A stretch of DNA of 60,083 nt, taken from assembly GCF_001194135.2 (NCBI RefSeq), contig NC_068981.1:183906959-183967041 (forward strand), read 5' to 3'. The notes under the pieces were generated by a model. It saw only the letters and a program-made list of their open reading frames with translations, ran no database searches and was not told the DNA's origin. A program made the position numbers and the translations under genes. Source of the DNA: Octopus bimaculoides. Its lineage: Eukaryota. Of the stretch, positions 23,901 through 34,600 are shown piece after piece. Each line of letters begins with the position of its first letter. Positions within the stretch are counted from its first letter, which is position 1.

Positions 23901-26900
23901 NNNNNNNNNNNNNNNNNNNNNNNNNNNNNNNNNNNNNNNNNNNNNNNNNNNNNNNNNNNNNNNNNNNNNNNNNNNNNNNNNNNNNNNNNNNNNNNNNNNN
24001 NNNNNNNNNNNNNNNNNNNNNNNNNNNNNNNNNNNNNNNNNNNNNNNNNNNNNNNNNNNNNNNNNNNNNNNNNNNNNNNNNNNNNNNNNNNNNNNNNNNN
24101 NNNNNNNNNNNNNNNNNNNNNNNNNNNNNNNNNNNNNNNNNNNNNNNNNNNNNNNNNNNNNNNNNNNNNNNNNNNNNNNNNNNNNNNNNNNNNNNNNNNN
24201 NNNNNNNNNNNNNNNNNNNNNNNNNNNNNNNNNNNNNNNNNNNNNNNNNNNNNNNNNNNNNNNNNNNNNNNNNNNNNNNNNNNNNNNNNNNNNNNNNNNN
24301 NNNNNNNNNNNNNNNNNNNNNNNNNNNNNNNNNNNNNNNNNNNNNNNNNNNNNNNNNNNNNNNNNNNNNNNNNNNNNNNNNNNNNNNNTTTCACATTCGT
24401 CTATCACCCCTTCCTTTCTCTCATTGCTATTACTTTCTCTTACTCGCTCTCAGTCAGAGCAATTACTCTCACTACTTCTCCTTCACTGAATTACGATTTT
24501 CTCTCCTCCTCCTCCGCATCCGGCTTGATTCTGGACAAATATATAAAAACACTACACTCATTATTATATTAGGAGATATCTGAGTGACTGCACTCTCGCT
24601 CACACTTACTATAAAACTCAAATATTCACACAGAGAAAAAGATAGTCTTTTTCTCCTTTTTTTTTTTTATCTTTTACTTATTCCAGCGGCCATGCTGGGG
24701 TACCACCTTGAATAATTTTTAGTCAAATAACTCAATCCCAGTCCTTTCTTTTCTTTTCTTTGTAAAGCCTGTTACTTATTCTATCAACCTCTTTTGCCAA
24801 ACTGCAGCCACACTTGGAATTTGCATCACCAGTCTGGAACCCCTATCTTTCTCAGGACATTGACTTCCTGGGAACTGTTCAGACGTGCAACCAAGCAGAT
24901 ACCCTCCATCAGGCATCTACCATACTCTGAGCACCTTGCTTCTCTGGGCAGAGATTCAATGAAGTTCCGACATCTGGCAACTGACTTGGTTAATAATTTT
25001 GTGAGTGTTTACCATCGTGCCAACAACCACCTTGAGCTCCATGTGTCTAACACACATGGGCATGCTTAGAAAGCCAGAAAACAGCACAGCTCCCATGGAG
25101 CTGAAGCATGGAACAAACTACCCGCATCAGTTGTTAGTTGTCGAGACATTGCATCCTTTAAAACCTCCATGCTTCCTGAAATTCACCACCACACCTGATA
25201 ACCACCCCTCCATATGCATGTACACATGTATATCATGACTCTTACATTGTTCACTTTCCTGACTTTTGTACATAATTCTATGTTCTGCACCTTTGATGAG
25301 TTGTAGTGCACCTGAGCACTATACACAATAATTTCATTATTATGGAGATGTAAACAAACAAACAGTGGTTGTCAAGTGGTGGTGGGGGATAAACATATAC
25401 GAGGGGGTACTGGAAAGTTCTTGGCTTTGAGGGTATTGTGAATGACCTGGTTGGAGGCCCAACCTTCTGAGTTATTTTATAGATCTTAGAAAAACTGATG
25501 GACTGCTGCAATAAGTGTGTGAATCTGAGAGGGGAATATGTTAAATAAAATCATAATTTCCTGTACTTTCATTTATCCAAAGCCAGGAACTTTTCAGCAT
25601 CCCCTTGTATATATACGACATTCCATCTACCAAATCCACTTGCAAGGCTTTGGTTGGCCTGAGGCTATATAACGAGAGATGCTTGCCCAAGGTGCCATGC
25701 AATGGGACTGAACCCAGAACCATGTGGTTGGGAAGCAAACTTCTTACCACATACCCACCTTTCCCCATTTTGTTTAATATTGTTTTCCCATACAATCATA
25801 AAAATAAAAATTCTCAAACTTTATTCTCATCTCTCTGAAAGGAAAATATTTTTAAAAATTGTGAGAAAAATCTCAGTGTTTTATGTGCAGAGAACTAGCT
25901 TGATTCTTATTGTTGCTAGTGACCTTTCCTTGCTTGTCTAAAGTGTGAACGTAATGCTGTATTAAATGACAGGCTCAAAATATGACAAGGTGGAAGACTT
26001 ATTTACAAGTTAGTTTATAACTTCAGTTCATATCCACTACAGACATTTTGCTGTCTCTCTCTCTAGCCAAGACACTTAATTCCACATGCACCAGATCACT
26101 TGTCTCAGACCTGGACCCTTGTGTCTCACTTTACTCTTCCACCTGGGCTCCCAAACAACAAAAAAAAAGATAGTTGCCCGTACAGCTCAAGGGTCACAAT
26201 TGCAGGCAAACTAATGGACAAAATCGGCTGCATTTTCTACGTGTGTTGTTCATAACTGCTTTACCAGGAATCTAGCAGAGGTGACATTTAGCCTATTCCT
26301 GCAACGGCGGGAATACAGTAGGACAGGTTCAATCCAGATACTAACAATAGAAATACTTTAGAAATGTTACATGAAATAGGCTGGCATCTTATCCCTAACA
26401 GATTTATCTGGGCATCCAGCTGTAGAAACTCTGCCAAATCAGATTGGAGCCTGGTGTTGCCATCCGGTTTCACCAGTCCTCGGTCAAATCGTCCAACCCA
26501 TGCTAGCATGGAAAGCGGACGTTAAACGATGATGATGATGAAACTGAAGTAGGTCTGCTTTGGCCCTTATAGATTCTACAAAGGTTTCTGATTTCCGAAG
26601 ATTTTTTTTTTTCTTTTTCCCTAAACAACATAATACAGACAATGTTTCATAATATTCAATTTAATATTGCTTTAGGAATAATCTTTGGTTTTTATTTCTT
26701 CAGCTATTCCTGATCAAACATTAAATTATATAAAACATNNNNNNNNNNNNNNNNNNNNNNNNNNNNNNNNNNNNNNNNNNNNNNNNNNNNNNNNNNNNNN
26801 NNNNNNNNNNNNNNNNNNNNNNNNNNNNNNNNNNNNNNNNNNNNNNNNNNNNNNNNNNNNNNNNNNNNNNNNNNNNNNNNNNNNNNNNNNNNNNNNNNNN

Positions 26901-29900
26901 NNNNNNNNNNNNNAAATTCAGATTTGATTTTAAAAAAACGTAAGGTTCTTTTACATTATTTATAATGGATAGATAGGTGTCCTCATCTTGTTATCACAAA
27001 TTTTCAGCGCCAAAGTGAGATAACAACAAACAAGATGAAGACACCTATCTGTCCATTATAAATAACGTACGTAATTCCTCATCTCAAAAATATAGAATAG
27101 TTAAATTCTTTTTATCAATGTTTTAACTCAAACCTGAGTTGCATTTTCAGATATTTTTCAGTTTATAAAAACACTGGAGTTTCAACTATTCAAAAAAGAA
27201 AAAAAAGAAAAGAAACACAGTTGAATCTAATTCCTAACCATCAAAATTCATTAATTCTCCAATCAGATGCATATATCAATTATATATTCTTTATTAATTA
27301 ACATAATGACCATATTTGATGGCATGAAAGATGCATGGTCATATTAAACACATTTTAATTTCAGCAATGCATATTCAGGAAAAGTATTTCGTGCTTATGG
27401 GCAGCCCAACTTTGCATATAGGGCCCAAGGTTTTTATTTCCTTATATGCCATCAAAATGGTACCATTTCCATAAATCAATTACAAGAAAAGCACTTTGAG
27501 CATCTTCATGACACAACTGTAATACTAATGTTCTGGGGGTTTTGTAGACTGGAAGATTGCGGAAGACTTTCTATTTTGTTTTTTCTTCATTTCAAGATGA
27601 AGTTCAGATATACCACTGCCATTTCTTGTTGCCTCCAGTAGACATCAGCTCAACTGTTCATGCTAAGCCACAATTACACACTATTCTAGCTTTCTTAACT
27701 CTTTCGATACCAACCCGGCTGAAACTGCCTCTGGCTCTGTAGTATAAATGTCTTGTTTTCATAAGTTTTGAATTAAAATCTTTGTCTCTGTCACACTCCA
27801 ACCGTTCATCATTTGGTACAAGATCACCTCCTCCTGCGGGGTGGTTGGTGTTAGGAAAAGTATCCAGCTGTTAAAACCCTGCCAAAACAGATATAAGTCT
27901 GGTGCAGTCTTCTGCCTGGCCAGCTCCTGACAAACTGTCCAACCCATGCCAGCATGGAAGACAGACGTTAAATGATGGTGTGTGTGCGTGCGTGCTACTG
28001 GTAACATGTAACCCAGTATGCCCTGAGTTACATGGTTGGCTTGTCAATGATTAAACTGGAGACGCCGCCAAGTTTGCTTGGTAAGGGAGTTTATCTTTNN
28101 NNNNNNNNNNNNNNNNNNNNNNNNNNNNNNNNNNNNNNNNNNNNNNNNNNNNNNNNNNNNNNNNNNNNNNNNNNNNNNNCCCACCCCCTGCAAGATGAAA
28201 ACCAGAATGTCAAAAGGTAAAGGAACTCATGAGACTGAACAGTCGTCCTAGTGAGGTCTGCTGTCCATCAGTCACATGGTGCGGTGGCATTTGGAAGAGC
28301 ATCCTGCTTGGAAAATATGCCAAAAGCAGACATTGGTGTACGGTGCAGTCCTGTGGCTCGCCAGCCCCTGTTGAATCATTCCTACCTATGCCAGAATAAA
28401 AGGCAGGCATTAAATGATAAGGATAGTCATAATCCATAATGTTAAATTTTATTTTTGAGTCCAGAATTATATCAAGTGTTTCTGTGAAATTATGTAATAT
28501 GTTTGTTTTTATATCTTATTTCCAGCAACTTGAACAGCAAACAAACGATGCTAATAGTAATTATCCCAACACCTTCAAGCCACCTGGACCAGTTCGGGCT
28601 CAGATGGTAGGTTTACTTTTAACTTAATTTGTTAGCCCTAATTTCAGATCAACACTTAGCAATAAGCAGCTGTTGTTTTGTGTCTGCTCTTCCTTGAGCA
28701 AGGTGCATAACTCTGTTTGGTACAGTTATGCTGAAGTAAACATTTAAAGTAGAGCATAAAAATTTGATTAGAAATACTAAATACAGTGAAGGCAGGATAA
28801 CAACATTAGCTGTGTGTAAAATATTCAGCAAAATATAGGAGGCAAGCACACATGTTTCAGACTTATCAAACCTCTTCTGCAAAGCATAGATGTAATTGTA
28901 CTTGCCAAAGTAGTAACATGATCAATGAATATATTATAGCAGTGTAATCCAAAAAGGCATTTAGAATTTGCGTTACTAGCAGACACTATTTGCATGAAAA
29001 TCAATAGTTAAGTAGAGGTAAACATGTTTTGTTTACTACAGAACATCATGTTCTTAAGCAAAACACTTCATCTCACATAACTCTGTGATCATTTCAACAT
29101 CTAATGTATGAACACCATGTAATCAGTTCAGGTAACATTAATTTGAGGGAGGGAATGTATAGCACATACATTTGAATACTATAAACCAGCACTTCTTAAA
29201 CTATGGGTGGCAAAAATTAAATTCAAATACTTGAATTTCAGTTTATGCTATTTCGCAAACATATTTAATACCTGGGATCGCGAAAAATCTTGTGATGCAA
29301 AATGGGGTCCAGTCTGATTTGGCATGGTTTTCTACAGCTGGATGCCCTTCTTAATGATAACACAATTGCAGCTTTGTCTGGCTTGATGGGTCTTCTTCTC
29401 AAGCACGACATAATACCAAAGGTCTCAATCATTGCGTCTGTGAGGCCCAATACTCAAAAGGTACTCAGCCACTTTGCCTCCATGAAGCCCAGTGCTTGAA
29501 AGATGTTCAGCTACTTTACCTCTGTGAGGCCAAACGCTCAAAAGGTGTTCTTTCCATACCACTGCCAGTACCGCCTGACTGGCCCTTGTGCTGGTGGCAC
29601 ATAAAAGCACCCACTACACTCTCGGAGAGGTTGGTGTTAGGAAGGGCATCCAGCTGTAGAAACTCGGCCAGATTGGAGCCTGGTGCAGCCATCTGGTTCG
29701 CCAGTCCTCAGTCAAATCGTCCAACCCATGCTAGCATGGAAAGCGGATGTTAAACGATGATGATGACAACATATATATTTCTGACAAATCCACTGCTTGA
29801 GGCTGTAGTAGAAGGCACTTGCCCAAAGTTCTACATAGTGGGGCTGAACTCAGAACCATGCAATTGGGAAGCAAGCTTCTTACCACTCAGCCATATGCAT

Positions 29901-31585
29901 AATACTACTGTTATATTACTTTTTTTACACTATCTTTTCTTTCAACCGCAAATACAGGTGACCAGCTGGAGCAAACCTGCAAACTGTATTGGTAGTACAG
30001 CCAACCCACCCAGAACTATGCAGTACTCTCAACAACAACAACAACAATACTACCACCAACGGCAAGAGAAATACCATCAACAGCAACAACAACCCCAACA
30101 GTATCAACAAAATCTCCGACAACAACCTGAAGAGAAACAACAGAACCCTCCACCTCGCCCACATCCACCGAATTCTTCATCTCAACCTGATGCTGTTACA
30201 CATGCAATGAAGGTAATCCAACAATAAACTCCTTATCAGTCAAGTGTGGTGGCAGTGGTGGTGGTGGTGGTGGTGATGGTAGTTATTGTTACATAGTATA
30301 CTACAATGCTGAAACTATTACTTTGACATTAAATAGGAACATACAAACTTGTTTCTTAACGATATACAGTGGGGGTGCAAAAGTAGGTATACAGTCATGG
30401 AAAACAGAAAACCCGAACAATACTCATTTATTTTTATCAAAAAGATTTAAAGTTACGATAAAATTATAGTTATGATAAATGCATTATTCTCATTAATGAC
30501 ACTGAAAATATCAAAAATGAGACTAACTTTTAATTTTTTTTGATAATAATAAAGGAGTATCATATGTGTTCTTTTTTTCATAACTGTATACCTACTTTTG
30601 CCCCCACCGCCGTATTTACAACCTGACTTAACCCGTTTGTTACCATATTTCTATTAAAGTACACTGTTTATGTTTAAATTAATTTTAAAAATAATCTTTT
30701 ACTTGTTTCAGTCATTAGACTGTGGCCATGCTGGGGCACTGCCTTGAAGAAATTTTGGTTGAATGAATTGACCCAGTATTTAATTTTTTAGAGCTTGTTG
30801 CTTATCCTATTGGCCTCTGGCCAAACTGTTAAGTTACAGGGATGTAAACACCCACATGTTGTCAAGCGGTGGCGGGGAACAAATACACACACGACAGGTT
30901 TCTTTAAGTTTCCATCACCAAATCCACTTACAGGCTTTTGGTCCACCGGAAAGCTATAATGAAAGACTCTTGCCCAAAGTGCCACAAGAAGAATTTAGTA
31001 AAACGACTTTGTCATTATTGACCTAATGTTTGGAACATAAATTACTATGAAATCTTCTTGAAATGTTTTAATCTGTCTTGATAGACAGAGGTGGTCTTGG
31101 GTGAGTTGGTCTCACAAGGATTAAATTTCTAAATTGAAGATAATTTAACATTATGAAATATTTAAATCTAGAGCCTGGTGCAGCTCTTCAGCATGCCAGC
31201 TACTGTCACACACCATCCAACCCATGCCAGCATGGAAAAACGGACTTTAGAATGATGTTGACAATGAATGTCTTGAATAAGTTTCAACAGTGTTGAAATA
31301 AATACTTCTCCTGCTGAACTGAATCAAGATCTAGCTTTCGTACTTTGCTGGAACCAGTTCACCCCTTTTTTTTTTTTTTGTTCATTGGAAAGAAAGTAAA
31401 AGTCAAAACCTGTTTCTCTTGGTAGTAGTATCTTAAGTGGAAGCATATGGCATAGTGGTTAGGGCAGTGTTTCTCAACCTTTTTACCCTTAAAATAAATT
31501 ACATGTCTCAAAGAACCCCTGCTTAAAAAAATTATATACCATATCTTCTTCATATTTTTTGCATTGTACTTAACGCGGTAAATAT

Positions 31586-31627
<42 letters not shown>

Positions 31628-34600
31628 ATATTTTTTTGATAACATAATAGGTTAGATAGGATGATGTCTATTATATTATAATAACCAGTATGTTGTGCAT
31701 GTATAATAATATTACGATCATGAAATTAGTGTTAGCTTATCTCACTCTTTCCTGTGGAACCCTGGTTGAGAAACGCTGGCTTAGGGTGTTGCACTCATGG
31801 TTGTAAGATTGTGGTTTCGATTCCAGGACCAAGTGAGGAGTTGTATTCTTGAGCAAAACACTCCGTTTCCTGTTACTCCAGTCTATTCACCTTGTAAAAA
31901 TAAGTGATCTTTTGGCAAACTGGCATCGTATCCAGAGGGATAATTTCTACACCACGGACCAGGTGATGTGCTGTGTTCTTCAACTAAACAAGTCATTTTA
32001 TGTTGCTCTAGTTCACTCAGCTGGCAAAAATTAGTAATCCTGTGACAGACTAAGCATCCCATCCAGGGGAATAATTTTTACACCTACAGAATCAGTGGAA
32101 GCCAGTCTTATGAGCCTATGGCTCAGGAAAGGACCTTTGGCTCAGGAAAGGACCTTTGGCTTCTCTCCCTTTTTGAATAGTTATCTTCGTAAGATAGATT
32201 CCTCAATACTTTATCCTAGTAATGAAGATAAAATCTTTAGTGTTATCCCAACAGCCTTATCCTGTTGATATTTTCCATTCATATATATTCATCTGTCTGT
32301 TTATCTGATGTTAGGTGTTGGAAGTTCATCAGCAACTGGAATCTCCCAGGAATAACATTGACAGCAACAATGATCTTGGTGATAATGAAAAGGCCATCGT
32401 TCGAGAAATGTGCAATGTAAGGTTTTCCATTGGATTCAAATCTTTTTTTATGTTTTTATTTGTTTCAGTCATTGAGTTGTAGTCATGCTGGAGCACTGCT
32501 TTGAAGGGTTTTAGTGAAATAGATTGACCCCAGCACATATTCGATTTTTCTTTTAATCTGGTATTTATTCTATTGGTCCTTCGCTGAACCACTGAGTTAT
32601 GGGAATGCAAACAAACCCACTCTGGTTGTGAAGTGGGGAAGGGAAACACACACACACACACGATGGCCTTCCACACAGTTTCTGTTAGGCAAAACCACTT
32701 GCAAGACATTGGTCGGCCCATTTACTGAAGGTACAGTAGAATTGAACCTGTAACAGCATCGTTGCAAAATGTGCTGCTCGATCGCACAGCTTATATATTT
32801 GGAATTATATAGAGATTTTAAATTTATTTTTAAAACAAACAGGAAAAGATGCAAACTTTGCCATTTCAAATTTGCTAGTACTATGTAATGGCACATGGCC
32901 TAGTGGTTAGATTGCACTCACAATTGAAAGGTTGTGGTTTCAGTTCCCAGACTAGTTGGCGCATGGTGTTCTTGAGCAAAACCCTTCATTTCACATTGCT
33001 CAGTGATCCCTTCAACACCTGACATATGGCACACCGTGCACATAATTGGGCAACATCAATTTGATGTAGGGAGTGAACTAATGTACAGCAGAAACATTTG
33101 ATCACAAATCATTTGTGTGAGTTGTTCAGCAAGATATTACACAACCATCTTTCTCTGACTATGAGATTACCATACACTCTACAACAGTAGTTCCCAAAGT
33201 GGGCAGTATTTCCCCCCTTGAGGAGAAAGTCCCAAGGGGAAGTTCTAAGGGGACATTGGAGAAAAGTGGGGTGATAATGAGGTAGCGATTTATGTTAAAA
33301 GTGGAACGATAATGGAGTAGCGATTTATGTAAAATGTGAAAGACTGTTGCTTTGAATTTGTTTCAGAAAGAGGTCTATGTCTGTGATGGTTAGTTGAGGT
33401 GGGGACGTTCCCCCGAAAATGTTTGGGAACCACTGCTCTACAACTACTAGAGACTACCATACACTCCGCAACTACTATCCAACTCTATTCCTTCCTGTCC
33501 TAATACAATTTGTATTTAACTGTGTTTTATAATTTGTGTTGTTGGCTGGTTGTGAGGCTGTTAGATACTATTAACCCTTTCGTTACTGCATTTATTTTGA
33601 GTTGCTCTGTGTTTCTTTCAATTATTTTAAATATAACAAAGAATTTAGTGAAATAATTTAGTTATCAATCATTAAGCTAGTATTAGGAACATAAATTGTG
33701 ACTAAGGTTTGGTGGAAGACCTTAATTCAAAACTTATGAAAACAAAACATTTGTACTACAGAACCAGAAGCGGTTTCAGCCAGGTTGATATTGAAAGGGT
33801 TAAGAGACCAGATTGTTGTAAACATTAGAGCCAAGTTTCTGGTTTAGGATAACAGCCTCTCACCATTCTTGGAGTTTCTGGAAAAATTATGGATGCTGCC
33901 CTTCCTCTTCTGTTTAACCCTTTAACATTTAAACTGGCCATATCTGGCCCAAATATTCTATTTGTTTCATGTTTAAACCAGCTAGATATGGCCTCTCACA
34001 CCTTACTCTACAATTCATTCTAAATATATATATATATATACAATAACTTCATTGAAATCTCAAAGCTACAATATAAAGCAGGATTAATTCAAAACAATTT
34101 GAATGAATAAGCATTACATTTGACAAAGAGATCTGAATGTTGAAGGGTTAAAATATAAAGAAGAAATACAAACCAGTTTTTCCACTTGATGAATCAATCC
34201 TGAACTGCTTCGATACACGGTATATTCTTATATTTTTTATAACGATGTTCATTCATAGGCTCGCTCTGATCAAAGGCAGTCCATCCATGATCATCCTGTC
34301 TATTCAGCATGTGTACACAGGAAAATGTTGTCCAGTGTATCTTCTAAGTCAGTAGAGTGGGATTTGAAGGAAATCTGGCTGCTATTTCATAGGAGCACAA
34401 ACATGGCCATGTGGTTTAACCCTTCTGCATTCAGATCATTCAGTCAGATGCAATGCTTATTTATTCACATTGGTTTCAATTAATCGTGCATTATCTCATA
34501 GTTTGAAGATTTCAATGAAGTGACTTTTATATTTTTAGAATGACATTGTAGGGCAAGTGTGATAGGCAGGGTCCGGTAAGTTTCAACATAAAACAGGTAG

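Noticed and set aside
23544-24572. Long ORFs containing X runs (also 26685, 28032, 37139, 51288)
   Set aside because: Artefacts of translating N gaps. Only the pre-gap part of the 26685 ORF is real (CCDC85 exon 3).
27597-27742. Alternative phase-1 CCDC85 exon after a good acceptor (tttcttcatttcaag)
   Set aside because: The translation has no CCDC85 resemblance, no convincing phase-0 donor, and the conserved motif lies in the exon at 26704.
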